In this document: piece after piece, positions 28,801 to 42,344 of the stretch
Layout of the letters: the number at the start of each line of letters is the position of its first letter
Position numbering within the stretch: the first letter of the stretch is position 1
DNA from: Rebecca billardiae RCC1528
Lineage: Eukaryota > Protista > Haptophyta
Direction of reading: 5' to 3'
Length of the DNA: 64,000 bases
Assembly: GCA_965240325.2 (NCBI GenBank)
Contig: OZ251222.1
Location: forward strand, 3,224,001 to 3,288,000
Position numbers and translations under genes: made by a program
The notes under the pieces: generated by a model
Databases searched by the model: none
Seen by the model: the letters and a program-made list of their open reading frames with translations, nothing else
Told to the model about the DNA's origin: nothing

Positions 28801-31800
28801 GAGGCGGGGGCGATGGTGGCGGGCTGGGCGGAGGCGGCATCGGTGGAGGTGAGGGCGGCGGCGACGGCGGCGGGCGCGGTCTGCCCGCCGGCGTGGGTGG
28901 CGGCGGCAATGGTGATGGAGGCGAGGGTGGCGGCGAGGGTGGCGGCGAGGGTGGCAGCGAGGGCGGCGGCGAGGGCGGTGGCGACGGAGGTGGTGGTGGC
29001 GGGCTCGGAGGCGGTGGCGAGGGTGGCGGTCGGCTCGGTGGCGGAGGCAACGGTGGCGGCGACGGCGGCGGTGACGGCGGCGGTAGTGGCGGTGGGCTCG
29101 GCGGCGGCGGCGATGGTGGCGGCAACGGCGGCGGCGATGGTGGCGGTGGCGGCGGTGGGCTCGGGGGTCGCGGCGGGGGTGGCGGCGGGGGTGGCGGCGA
29201 GGGAGGTGGTGACGGCGGTGGTGGTGGCGGCGGACTTGGCGGAGGTGGCGATGGTGGCGGCGACGGCGGCGGTGACGGCGGCGGCAGCGGCGGTGGGCTT
29301 GGTGGCGGCGATGACGGTGGCGGCGACGGCGGCAGTGACGGCGGCGGTCGTGGCGGCGGGCTCGGCGGCGGCGGCGATGGCGGCGGCGACGGCGGCGGGG
29401 ACGGCGGCGGTGGCGGCGGTGGGCTCGGTGGTGGCGGCGAGGGTGGTGGCAAGGGCGGTGGTGAGGGCGGTGATGCCGGCAGCGGGCTCGGTGGCGGCGG
29501 CGGCGATGGCGGTGGCTGTGGTGGCAAGGCCGGTGGTGTGGGCGGCGGCGAAGGCGGCGGTGACGGCGGCGGCAGCGGTGGCGATGGCGGCGGTGACGGC
29601 GGTGGTGACGGCGGCGGCGGCGGCGGTAGGCTTGGTGGCGGCGGTGACGGCGGCGGTGACGGCGGCGGTGGCGGCGGCTGTAGTGGCGGCGGGTTCGGCG
29701 GCGGCTGCGATGGTGGCGGCGACGGCGGCGGTGATGGAGGCGGTGGTGGCGGTGGCGGTGGCTGCGGTGGCAAGGTCGGTGGTGTAGGCGGCGGCGGCGG
29801 CGGCGGAGACGGCGGCGGCAGCGGAGGCGGTGGTGGCAGTGACGGCGGTGGTGACGGCGGCAGTCGTGGCGGCGGGCTTGGTGGCGGCGGTGACGGCGGC
29901 GGTGACGGCGGCGGTGGCGGCGGCTGTAGTGGCGGCGGGTTCGGCGGCGGCTGCGATGGTGGCGGCGACGGCGGCGGTGATGGCGGCGGTGGCGGAGATG
30001 GCGGTGGCTGCGGTGGCAAGGCCGGTGGTGTGGGCGGCGGCGAAGGCGGCGGTGACGGCGGCGGCAGCGGTGGTGATGGTGGCGGCGACGGCGGTGGTGA
30101 AGGCGGCGGCGGCGGCGGTAGGCTTGGTGGCGGCGACGACGGCGGTGATGGCGGCTGTAGTGGCGGTGGGTTTGGCGGCGGCAGGTTTGGCGGCGGCTGC
30201 GATGGTGGCGGCGACGGCGGAGGTGATGGCGGCGGTGGCGGAGATGGCGGTGGCTGCGGTGGCAAGGCTGGTGGTGTGGGCGGCGGCGAAGGCGGCGGTG
30301 ACGGCGGCGGCAGCGGTGGCGATGGTGGCGGGGACGGCGGCGGTGAGGGCGGAGGCAGTGGCTGGAGGTTTGGCTGTGGCGGTGACGGCGACGGCGGCGG
30401 CGGCGGTGACGGCGGAGGTGGCGGCGGCTGGTTTGGCGGTGGCGGTGATGGTGGCGGCGAGGGCGATGGTAAGGGCGGTGCTGGCGGCGGTGGGCTCGGT
30501 GGTGGCGGTGATGGCGGCGGCAGCGGTGGCGGTGCCGGCGGGGAGGGTGGGGGCGAGGGAGGCGGTGACGGTGGCGGCTGTGGCGGCTCAGCTGGCGGTG
30601 AGGGCGGAGGCGAGGGAGGTGGTGACGGCGGCGGCGACGGCGGCGATGCTGGCGGCGAGGGCGGCGGTGACGGTGGCGGTGACGGCGGTGGCGACGGCGG
30701 CGATGCCGGCGGCGAGGGCGGCGGTGACGGTGGCGGTGACGGCGGTGGCGACGGTGGCGGCGCCGGCGGTGGAGGCGGCGGTGATGGCGGCGGCGACGGC
30801 GGCGGCGACGGCGGCGGTGCCGGCGGCGAGGGCGGCGGCGCAGGCGGCGGCGACGGCGGCGGCGAAGGCGGCGGTGCAGGCGGCGAGGGCGGCGGCGCAG
30901 GTGGCGGCGAGGGCGGTGGTGTGGGCGGCGGAATCGGCGGCGAGGCTGGCGGTGAGGGCGGCGGCGACGGCGGCGGCGACGGCGGCGGCGATGGCGGCGG
31001 AGCTGGCGGAGACGGAGGCGGTGGCGTCGGTGGCGGCAGCGGTGGCGGTGCCGGCGGGGAGGGTGGGGGCGAGGGAGGCGGTGACGGTGGCGGCAGTGGC
31101 GGCTCAGCTGGCGGTGAGGGCGGAGGCGAGGGAGGTGGTGACGGCGGCGGCGACGGCGGCGATGCTGGCGGCGAGGGCGGCGGTGACGGTGGCGGTGACG
31201 GCGGTGGCGACGGCGGCGATGCCGGCGGCGAGGGCGGCGGTGACGGTGGCGGTGAAGGCGGTGGCGACGGTGGCGGCGCCGGCGGTGGAGGCGGCGGTGA
31301 TGGCGGCGGCGACGGCGGCGGCGACGGCGGCGGTGCCGGCGGCGAAGGCGGCGGCGCAGGCGGCGGCGACGGCGGCGGCGAGGGCGGCGGTGCAGGCGGC
31401 GAGGGCGGCGGCGCAGGTGGCGGCGAGGGCGGTGGTGTGGGCGGCGGCATCGGCGGCGAGGCTGGCGGTGAGGGCGGCGGCGACGGCGGCGGCGATGGCG
31501 GCGGCGATGGCGGCGGAGCTGGCGGAGACGGAGGCGGCGGCGACGGCGGCGGCGACGGCGGCGGGGCCGGCGGCGCTGGCGGCGGCGCGGGAGGCGGCGA
31601 CGGCGGTGGCAGCGGCGGCGAGGCCGGCGGCGACGGCGGCGATCCGGGTGGCGGCGACGGAGGCGGCAGCGGTGGCTGCGTCGGCGGCGCCGGCGGCGGG
31701 AAGGGCGGGCACACGCCGAGCGACGACAGATCCGGGTTGAAGCGCGCGTTCGTGTCGAATGCCACGTTGGCGCACACGCAGCTGCCAAACGTGCACGCAG

Positions 31801-34800
31801 AGTCGTACTGGAAGCCGCCGCTCACCAAAGAAGTCATCAGCTCGACCTCGGTCGGCATCTCCCCGTCGAGCGAGTTGCTGTCCACGCGGAAGCGAGACAG
31901 AGCCGTGAGCGCGCCCAGCTCCGACGGCACCACGCCGGTCAACGCGTTCTGAAACAGGAAGAGCTGCGCGGACATGCGCGTCAACTGGCCAAGCTCGGTC
32001 GGGATGGTGCCGCCCCACGTCGTGGCATACGCGTCCAGGTGGGTGAGGCTTGTCATCTCGCCAAGCTCGGACGGGATGGAGCCGACGAGCGATTGCTGGT
32101 GGACGCGCAGGTCAGCCAAGTTGGTGAGCGCGCCGATCTCGGTTGGCACCGTGTCCACCGCCAGGCTGTACATGTGCAGCAGCGTCAGCGCGGTGAGGGC
32201 TGCGATCTCGGACGGGATGGCGCCGGTGATGCCAGCGATCTGCGCGAGCATCATGAATGTCATACCCGTCAAGCTGCCCAGCTCTGACGGCACGCTGCCG
32301 CCCACGCCGGCGAAGCGGAGATCGAGCGAGGTCACGCGCGTCATCTGGCCGATCTCGGACGGGAGCGAGCCGCTCAGCGACTGCAGGCTGGGCAGGAAGA
32401 TGTTCGTCACGCCCACCATGGTGCCAAGCTCGGTTGGAAACGTGCCAGTCAGCGGGTTGGTGTAGAAGCTCCTGCGGAGGGGCGGGAGCGCGATATCACG
32501 TCAGCACGCAGTGCCGAGTTTGCGACAATTGTCGTGCGCGCGCGCAGGTGGCGACAGTGGCCAGTTGTGCAAACGGGGGCAGGCGCCGGCGAATGCGCGC
32601 GCATTTGGCAGGCGCGCAGAGGCGCGTACAGAGCTGGCACGTTGACCATGTAGCCCATCTCGGTGGGTATCGTTCCGGTGAGCCCCGCGTTGTCGTACGC
32701 GATCGGGGTCGCGACGGCGTTGCACGTCGCCTCGTCGAAGCTGCCAGAGTCGGGGAAGCAGTAGACGTGGTCCGTGCGCAGCCGAGCGCGCAGGGAGGGG
32801 CTCGGCGGCGGCGAGGGCGGCGGCATCGGCGGATCGGCCGGCGGTGCTGGCGGCGGCGAGGGCGGTGGCGTCGGTGGCGGCAGCGGTGGCGGTGCCGGCG
32901 GGGAGGGTGGGGGCGAGGGAGGCGGTGACGGTGGCGGCTGTGGCGGCTCAGCTGGCGGTGAGGGCGGAGGCGAGGGAGGTGGTGACGGCGGCGGCGACGG
33001 CGGCGATGCTGGCGGCGAGGGCGGCGGTGACGGTGGCGGTGACGGCGGTGGCGACGGCGGCGATGCCGGCGGCGAGGGCGGCGGTGACGGTGGCGGTGAC
33101 GGCGGTGGCGACGGTGGCGGCGCCGGCGGTGGAGGCGGCGGTGATGGCGGCGGCGACGGCGGCGGCGACGGCGGCGGTGCCGGCGGCGAGGGCGGCGGCG
33201 CAGGCGGCGGCGACGGCGGCGGCGAGGGCGGCGGTGCAGGCGGCGAGGGCGGCGGCGCAGGTGGCGGCGAGGGCGGTGGTGTGGGCGGCGGCATCGGCGG
33301 CGAGGCTGGCGGTGAGGGCGGCGGCGACGGCGGCGGCGACGGCGGCGGCGATGGCGGCGGAGCTGGCGGAGACGGAGGCGGCGGCGACGGCGGCGGCGAC
33401 GGCGGCGGGGCCGGCGGCGCTGGCGGCGGCGCGGGAGGCGGCGACGGCGGTGGCAGCGGCGGCGAGGCCGGCGGCGACGGCGGCGATCCGGGTGGCGGCG
33501 ACGGAGGCGGCAGCGGTGGCTGCGTCGGCGGCGCCGGCGGCGGGAAGGGCGGGCACACGCCGAGCGACGACAGATCCGGGTTGAAGCGCGCGTTCGTGTC
33601 GAATGCCACGTTGGCGCACACGCAGCTGCCAAACGTGCACGCAGAGTCGTACTGGAAGCCGCCGCTCACCAAAGAAGTCATCAGCTCGACCTCGGTCGGC
33701 ATCTCCCCGTCGAGCGAGTTGCTGTCCACGCGGAAGCGAGACAGAGCCGTGAGCGCGCCCAGCTCCGACGGCACCACGCCGGTCAACGCGTTCTGAAACA
33801 GGAAGAGCTGCGCGGACATGCGCGTCAACTGGCCAAGCTCGGTCGGGATGGTGCCGCCCCACGTCGTGGCATACGCGTCCAGGTGGGTGAGGCTTGTCAT
33901 CTCGCCAAGCTCGGACGGGATGGAGCCGACGAGCGATTGCTGGTGGACGCGCAGGTCGACCAAGTTGGTGAGCGCGCCGATCTCGGTTGGCACCGTGTCC
34001 ACCGCCAGGCTGTACATGTGCAGCAGCGTCAGCGCGGTGAGGGCTGCGATCTCGGACGGGATGGCGCCGGTGATGCCAGCGATCTGCGCGAGCATTATCA
34101 ATGTCATACCCGTCAAGCTGCCCAGCTCTGACGGCACGCTGCCGCCCACGCCGGCGAAGCGAAGATCGAGCGAGGTCACGCGCGTCATCTGGCCGATCTC
34201 GGACGGGAGCGAGCCGCTCAGCGACTGCAGGCTGGGCAGGAAGATGTTCGTCACGCCCACCATGGTGCCAAGCTCGGTTGGAAACGTGCCAGTCAGCGGG
34301 TTGGTGTAGAAGCTCCTGCGGAGGGGCGGGAGCGCGCGATCACGTCAGCACGCAGTGCCGAGTTTGCGACAATTGTCGTGCGCGCGCGCAGGTGGCGACA
34401 GTGGCCAGTTGTGCAAACGGGGGCAGGCGCCGGCGAATGCGCGCGCATTTGGCAGGCGCGCAGACGCGCGTACAGAGCTGGCACGTTGACCATGTAGCCC
34501 ATCTCGGTGGGTATCGTTCCGGTGAGCCCCGCGTTGTCGTACGCGATCGGGGTCGCGACGGCGTTGCACGTCGCCTCGTCGAAGCTGCCAGAGTCGGGGA
34601 AGCAGTAGACGTGGTCCGTGCGCAGCCGAGCGCGCAGGGAGGGGCTCGGCGGCGGCGAGGGCGGCGGCATCGGCGGATCGGCCGGCGGTGCTGGCGGCGG
34701 CGAGGGCGGTGGCGTCGGTGGCGGCAGCGGTGGCGGTGCCGGCGGGGAGGGTGGGGGCGAGGGAGGCGGTGACGGTGGCGGCTGTGGCGGCTCAGCTGGC

Positions 34801-37800
34801 GGTGAGGGCGGAGGCGAGGGAGGTGGTGACGGCGGCGGCGACGGCGGCGATGCTGGCGGCGAGGGCGGCGGTGACGGTGGCGGTGACGGCGGTGGCGACG
34901 GCGGCGATGCCGGCGGCGAGGGCGGCGGTGACGGTGGCGGTGACGGCGGTGGCGACGGTGGCGGCGCCGGCGGTGGAGGCGGCGGTGATGGCGGCGGCGA
35001 CGGCGGCGGCGACGGCGGCGGTGCCGGCGGCGAGGGCGGCGGCGCAGGCGGCGGCGACGGCGGCGGCGAGGGCGGCGGTGCAGGCGGCGAGGGCGGCGGC
35101 GCAGGTGGCGGCGAGGGCGGTGGTGTGGGCGGCGGCATCGGCGGCGAGGCTGGCGGTGAGGGCGGCGGCGACGGCGGCGGCGATGGCGGCGGCGATGGCG
35201 GCGGAGCTGGCGGAGACGGAGGCGGCGGCGACGGCGGCGGCGACGGCGGCGGGGCCGGCGGCGCTGGCGGCGGCGCGGGAGGCGGCGACGGCGGTGGCAG
35301 CGGCGGCGAGGCCGGCGGCGACGGCGGCGATCCGGGTGGCGGCGACGGAGGCGGCAGCGGTGGCTGCGTCGGCGGCGCCGGCGGCGGGAAGGGCGGGCAC
35401 ACGCCGAGCGACGACAGATCCGGGTTGAAGCGCGCGTTCGTGTCGAATGCCACGTTGGCGCACACGCAGCTGCCAAACGTGCACGCAGAGTCGTACTGGA
35501 AGCCGCCGCTCACCAAAGAAGTCATCAGCTCGACCTCGGTCGGCATCTCCCCGTCGAGCGAGTTGCTGTCCACGCGGAAGCGAGACAGAGCCGTGAGCGC
35601 GCCCAGCTCCGACGGCACCACGCCGGTCAACGCGTTCTGAAACAGGAAGAGCTGCGCGGACATGCGCGTCAACTGGCCAAGCTCGGTCGGGATGGTGCCG
35701 CCCCACGTCGTGGCATACGCGTCCAGGTGGGTGAGGCTTGTCATCTCGCCAAGCTCGGACGGGATGGAGCCGACGAGCGATTGCTGGTGGACGCGCAGGT
35801 CAGCCAAGTTGGTGAGCGCGCCGATCTCGGTTGGCACCGTGTCCACCGCCAGGCTGTACATGTGCAGCAGCGTCAGCGCGGTGAGGGCTGCGATCTCGGA
35901 CGGGATGGCGCCGGTGATGCCAGCGATCTGCGCGAGCATTATCAATGTCATACCCGTCAAGCTGCCCAGCTCTGACGGCACGCTGCCGCCCACGCCGGCG
36001 AAGCGGAGATCGAGCGAGGTCACGCGCGTCATCTGGCCGATCTCGGACGGGAGCGAGCCGCTCAGCGACTGCAGGCTGGGCAGGAAGATGTTCGTCACGC
36101 CCACCATGGTGCCAAGCTCGGTTGGAAACGTGCCAGTCAGCGGGTTGGTGTAGAAGCTCCTGCGGAGGGGCGGGAGCGCGATATCACGTCAGCACGCAGT
36201 GCCGAGTTTGCGACAATTGTCGTGCGCGCGCGCAGGTGGCGACAGTGGCCAGTTGTGCAAACGGGGGCAGGCGCCGGCGAATGCGCGCGCATTTGGCAGG
36301 CGCGCAGACGCGCGTACAGAGCTGGCACGTTGACCATGTAGCCCATCTCGGTGGGTATCGTTCCGGTGAGCCCCGCGTTGTCGTACGCGATCGGGGTCGC
36401 GACGGCGTTGCACGTCGCCTCGTCGAAGCTGCCAGAGTCGGGGAAGCAGTAGACGTGGTCCGTGCGCAGCCGAGCGCGCAGGGAGGGGCTCGGCGGCGGC
36501 GAGGGCGGCGGCATCGGCGGATCGGCCGGCGGTGCTGGCGGCGGCGAGGGCGGTGGCGTCGGTGGCGGCAGCGGTGGCGGTGCCGGCGGGGAGGGTGGGG
36601 GCGAGGGAGGCGGTGACGGTGGCGGCTGTGGCGGCTCAGCTGGCGGTGAGGGCGGAGGCGAGGGAGGTGGTGACGGCGGCGGCGACGGCGGCGATGCTGG
36701 CGGCGAGGGCGGCGGTGACGGTGGCGGTGACGGCGGTGGCGACGGCGGCGATGCCGGCGGCGAGGGCGGCGGTGACGGTGGCGGTGACGGCGGTGGCGAC
36801 GGTGGCGGCGCCGGCGGTGGAGGCGGCGGTGATGGCGGCGGCGACGGCGGCGGCGACGGCGGCGGTGCCGGCGGCGAGGGCGGCGGCGCAGGCGGCGGCG
36901 ACGGCGGCGGCGAGGGCGGCGGTGCAGGCGGCGAGGGCGGCGGCGCAGGTGGCGGCGAGGGCGGTGGTGTGGGCGGCGGCATCGGCGGCGAGGCTGGCGG
37001 TGAGGGCGGCGGCGACGGCGGCGGCGATGGCGGCGGCGATGGCGGCGGAGCTGGCGGAGACGGAGGCGGCGGCGACGGCGGCGGCGACGGCGGCGGGGCC
37101 GGCGGCGCTGGCGGCGGCGCGGGAGGCGGCGACGGCGGTGGCAGCGGCGGCGAGGCCGGCGGCGACGGCGGCGATCCGGGTGGCGGCGACGGAGGCGGCA
37201 GCGGTGGCTGCGTCGGCGGCGCCGGCGGCGGGAAGGGCGGGCACACGCCGAGCGACGACAGATCCGGGTTGAAGCGCGCGTTCGTGTCGAATGCCACGTT
37301 GGCGCACACGCAGCTGCCAAACGTGCACGCAGAGTCGTACTGGAAGCCGCCGCTCACCAAAGAAGTCATCAGCTCGACCTCGGTCGGCATCTCCCCGTCG
37401 AGCGAGTTGCTGTCCACGCGGAAGCGAGACAGAGCCGTGAGCGCGCCCAGCTCCGACGGCACCACGCCGGTCAACGCGTTCTGAAACAGGAAGAGCTGCG
37501 CGGACATGCGCGTCAACTGGCCAAGCTCGGTCGGGATGGTGCCGCCCCACGTCGTGGCATACGCGTCCAGGTGGGTGAGGCTTGTCATCTCGCCAAGCTC
37601 GGACGGGATGGAGCCGACGAGCGATTGCTGGTGGACGCGCAGGTCAGCCAAGTTGGTGAGCGCGCCGATCTCGGTTGGCACCGTGTCCACCGCCAGGCTG
37701 TACATGTGCAGCAGCGTCAGCGCGGTGAGGGCTGCGATCTCGGACGGGATGGCGCCGGTGATGCCAGCGATCTGCGCGAGCATTATCAATGTCATACCCG

Positions 37801-40800
37801 TCAAGCTGCCCAGCTCTGACGGCACGCTGCCGCCCACGCCGGCGAAGCGGAGATCGAGCGAGGTCACGCGCGTCATCTGGCCGATCTCGGACGGGAGCGA
37901 GCCGCTCAGCGACTGCAGGCTGGGCAGGAAGATGTTCGTCACGCCCACCATGGTGCCAAGCTCGGTTGGAAACGTGCCAGTCAGCGGGTTGGTGTAGAAG
38001 CTCCTGCGGAGGGGCGGGAGCGCGATATCACGTCAGCACGCAGTGCCGAGTTTGCGACAATTGTCGTGCGCGCGCGCAGGTGGCGACAGTGGCCAGTTGT
38101 GCAAACGGGGGCAGGCGCCGGCGAATGCGCGCGCATTTGGCAGGCGCGCAGACGCGCGTACAGAGCTGGCACGTTGACCATGTAGCCCATCTCGGTGGGT
38201 ATCGTTCCGGTGAGCCCCGCGTTGTCGTACGCGATCGGGGTCGCGACGGCGTTGCACGTCGCCTCGTCGAAGCTGCCAGAGTCGGGGAAGCAGTAGACGT
38301 GGTCCGTGCGCAGCCGAGCGCGCAGGGAGGGGCTCGGCGGCGGCGAGGGCGGCGGCATCGGCGGATCGGCCGGCGGTGCTGGCGGCGGCGAGGGCGGTGG
38401 CGTCGGTGGCGGCAGCGGTGGCGGTGCCGGCGGGGAGGGTGGGGGCGAGGGAGGCGGTGACGGTGGCGGCTGTGGCGGCTCAGCTGGCGGTGAGGGCGGA
38501 GGCGAGGGAGGTGGTGACGGCGGCGGCGACGGCGGCGATGCTGGCGGCGAGGGCGGCGGTGACGGTGGCGGTGACGGCGGTGGCGACGGCGGCGATGCCG
38601 GCGGCGAGGGCGGCGGTGACGGTGGCGGTGACGGCGGTGGCGACGGTGGCGGCGCCGGCGGTGGAGGCGGCGGTGATGGCGGCGGCGACGGCGGCGGCGA
38701 CGGCGGCGGTGCCGGCGGCGAGGGCGGCGGCGCAGGCGGCGGCGACGGCGGCGGCGAGGGCGGCGGTGCAGGCGGCGAGGGCGGCGGCGCAGGTGGCGGC
38801 GAGGGCGGTGGTGTGGGCGGCGGCATCGGCGGCGAGGCTGGCGGTGAGGGCGGCGGCGACGGCGGCGGCGACGGCGGCGGCGATGGCGGCGGAGCTGGCG
38901 GAGACGGAGGCGGCGGCGACGGCGGCGGCGACGGCGGCGGGGCCGGCGGCGCTGGCGGCGGCGCGGGAGGCGGCGACGGCGGTGGCAGCGGCGGCGAGGC
39001 CGGCGGCGACGGCGGCGATCCGGGTGGCGGCGACGGAGGCGGCAGCGGTGGCTGCGTCGGCGGCGCCGGCGGCGGGAAGGGCGGGCACACGCCGAGCGAC
39101 GACAGATCCGGGTTGAAGCGCGCGTTCGTGTCGAATGCCACGTTGGCGCACACGCAGCTGCCAAACGTGCACGCAGAGTCGTACTGGAAGCCGCCGCTCA
39201 CCAAAGAAGTCATCAGCTCGACCTCGGTCGGCATCTCCCCGTCGAGCGAGTTGCTGTCCACGCGGAAGCGAGACAGAGCCGTGAGCGCGCCCAGCTCCGA
39301 CGGCACCACGCCGGTCAACGCGTTCTGAAACAGGAAGAGCTGCGCGGACATGCGCGTCAACTGGCCAAGCTCGGTCGGGATGGTGCCGCCCCACGTCGTG
39401 GCATACGCGTCCAGGTGGGTGAGGCTTGTCATCTCGCCAAGCTCGGACGGGATGGAGCCGACGAGCGATTGCTGGTGGACGCGCAGGTCGACCAAGTTGG
39501 TGAGCGCGCCGATCTCGGTTGGCACCGTGTCCACCGCCAGGCTGTACATGTGCAGCAGCGTCAGCGCGGTGAGGGCTGCGATCTCGGACGGGATGGCGCC
39601 GGTGATGCCAGCGATCTGCGCGAGCATTATCAATGTCATACCCGTCAAGCTGCCCAGCTCTGACGGCACGCTGCCGCCCACGCCGGCGAAGCGGAGATCG
39701 AGCGAGGTCACGCGCGTCATCTGGCCGATCTCGGACGGGAGCGAGCCGCTCAGCGACTGCAGGCTGGGCAGGAAGATGTTCGTCACGCCCACCATGGTGC
39801 CAAGCTCGGTTGGAAACGTGCCAGTCAGCGGGTTGGTGTAGAAGCTCCTGCGGAGGGGTGGGAGCGCGTGATCACGTCAGCACGCAGTGCCGAGTTTGCG
39901 ACAATTGTCGTGCGCGCGCGCAGGTGGCGACAGTGGCCAGTTGTGCAAACGGGGGCAGGCGCTGGCGAATGCGCGCGCATTTGGCAGGCGCGCAGACGCG
40001 CGTACAGAGCTGGCACGTTAACCATGTAGCCCATCTCGGTGGGTATCGTTCCGGTGAGCCCCGCGTTGTCGTACGCGATCGGGGTCGCGACGGCGTTGCA
40101 CGTCGCCTCGTCGAAGCTGCCAGAGTCGGGGAAGCAGTAGACGTGGTCCGTGCGCAGCCGAGCGCGCAGGGAGGGGCTCGGCGGCGGCGAGGGCGGCGGC
40201 ATCGGCGGATCGGCCGGCGGTGCTGGCGGCGGCGAGGGCGGTGGCGTCGGTGGCGGCAGCGGTGGCGGTGCCGGCGGGGAGGGTGGGGGCGAGGGAGGCG
40301 GTGACGGTGGCGGCTGTGGCGGCTCAGCTGGCGGTGAGGGCGGAGGCGAGGGAGGTGGTGACGGCGGCGGCGACGGCGGCGATGCTGGCGGCGAGGGCGG
40401 CGGTGACGGTGGCGGTGACGGCGGTGGCGACGGCGGCGATGCCGGCGGCGAGGGCGGCGGTGACGGTGGCGGTGACGGCGGTGGCGACGGTGGCGGCGCC
40501 GGCGGTGGAGGCGGCGGTGATGGCGGCGGCGACGGCGGCGGCGACGGCGGCGGTGCCGGCGGCGAGGGCGGCGGCGCAGGCGGCGGCGACGGCGGCGGCG
40601 AGGGCGGCGGTGCAGGCGGCGAGGGCGGCGGCGCAGGTGGCGGCGAGGGCGGTGGTGTGGGCGGCGGCATCGGCGGCGAGGCTGGCGGTGAGGGCGGCGG
40701 CGACGGCGGCGGCGACGGCGGCGGCGATGGCGGCGGAGCTGGCGGAGACGGAGGCGGCGGCGACGGCGGCGGCGACGGCGGCGGGGCCGGCGGCGCAGGC

Positions 40801-42103
40801 GGCGGCGCGGGAGGCGGCGACGGTGGTGGCAGCGGCGGCGAGGCCGGCGGCGACGGCGGCGATCCGGGTGGCGGCGACGGAGGCGGCAGCGGTGGCTGCG
40901 TCGGCGGCGCCGGCGGCGGGAAGGGCGGGCACACGCCGAGCGACGACAGATCCGGGTTGAAGCGCGCGTTCGTGTCGAATGCCACGTTGGCGCACACGCA
41001 GCTGCCAAACGTGCACGCAGAGTCGTACTGGAAGCCGCCGCTCACCAAAGAAGTCATCAGCTCGACCTCGGTCGGCATCTCCCCGTCGAGGGAGTTGCTG
41101 TCCATGCGGAAGCGAGACAGAGCCGTGAGCGCGCCCAGCTCTGACGGCACCACGCCGGTCAACGCGTTCTGAAACAGGAAGAGCTGCGCGGACATGCGCG
41201 TCAACTGGCCAAGCTCGGTCGGGATGGTGCCGCCCCACGTCGTGGCATACGCGTCCAGGTGGGTGAGGCTTGTCATCTCGCCAAACTCGGACGGGATGGA
41301 GCCGACGAGCGATTGCTGGTGGACGCGCAGGTCGACCAAGTTGGCGAGCGCGCCGATCTCGGTTGGCACCGTGTCCACCGCCAGGCTGTACATGTGCAGC
41401 AGCGTCAGCGCGGTGAGGGCTGCTATCTCAGACGGGATGGCGCCGGTGATGCCAGCGATCTGCGCGAGCATCATGAATGTCATACCCGTCAAGCTGCCCA
41501 GCTCTGACGGCACGCTGCCGCCCACGCCGGCGAAGCGGAGATCGAGCGAGGTCACGCGCGTCATCTGGCCGATCTCGGACGGGAGCGAGCCGCTCAGCGA
41601 CTGCAGGCTGGGCAGGAAGATGTTCGTCACGCCCACCATGGTGCCAAGCTCGGTTGGAAACGTGCCAGTCAGCGGGTTGGTGTAGAAGCTCCTGCGGAGG
41701 GGCGGGAGCGCGCGATCACGTCAGAACGCAGGGCCATGTGCGCGACGATTGTCGTGCGCGCGCGCGATGGGCGACAGTGGCCAGTCGTGCAAACGTGGGC
41801 AGGCGCAGGCGAATGCGAGCGCATTTGGCAGGCGCGCAGAGGCGCGTACAGAGCTGGCACGTTGACCATGTAGCCCATCTCGGTGGGTATCGTTCCGGTG
41901 AGCCCCGCGTTGTCGTACGCGATCGGGGTCGCGACGGCGTTGCACGTCGCCTCGTCGAAGCTGCCAGAGTCGGGGAAGCAGTAGACGTGGTCCGTGCGCA
42001 GCCGGGAGCGCATGGCTTCCGCGTTCGCCATCGGAGCACGTATCGCCGCCGCCACGAGCACCAGCATGATGGCATCACGGACGCACGGCACTCGTCGTCC
42101 CAT
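22822..42103 (-). CDS. Giant (~6,030 aa) type I membrane protein: signal peptide, 6 x (LRR + Ser-Pro3 extensin-like stalk), long Pro-rich stalk, 25 + 27 GCTD-type Cys repeats split by a ~290-aa insert, TM, cytosolic tail
   Basis: Exons 42103-41850, 41691-40006, 39847-38162, 38003-36318, 36159-34474, 34315-32630, 32471-23576, 23458-23378, 23256-22822. All introns are GT-AG and splicing gives one open frame of 18,096 nt. Plant-type LRRs (LTGTIPTELG, LSGSLPSEIG). TM VGIIVAIAICGCAILLALVGLFVL followed by RRKRRK. Confidence 0.85.
31017..42004. repeat. Tandem array of ~6 near-identical 1,844-bp units, each with a 1,686-bp coding part and a 158-bp intron
   Basis: ORF starts recur at 32419, 34263, 36107, 37951, 39795 and 41639 (spacing exactly 1,844). 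Confidence 0.97.
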
Positions 42104-42198
42104 CCCGCCCGCTTTTCGGCCGATGATCGAAACCTTGGTGTAAGCCTTGGTGTAAGGCGCGGTGCAGGCGCGCTCGCGCGGCCGGGGGCCACGCCTGC

Positions 42199-42344
42199 CT
42201 ACAGAATAAGAGACGCACACAGCTCATCAACGCCCGTAGAAATAATATTATAAGAAGATCATCATCGTCATATCAAGTTTTACCCCGCCACGATCTACAG
42301 TTTACTAAGAATAAGAGACGCACACAGCTCAGGCAGGCGAGATT
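42199..42344 (+). repeat. Two copies (partial 42199-42226, full 42295-42344) of the dispersed ~50-bp motif
   Basis: AGAATAAGAGACGCACACAGCTCA is shared with 3149-3201. Confidence 0.85.

Noticed and set aside
28138-41238. Long Gly-, Arg/His- and Ala-rich ORFs in alternative frames
   Set aside because: Shadow frames of the CCG-rich Pro/Ser coding repeats.
32449-41639. Five separate 604-aa LRR-extensin genes
   Set aside because: Their C-termini are intron read-through and they lack signal peptides. Splicing joins them into one frame.
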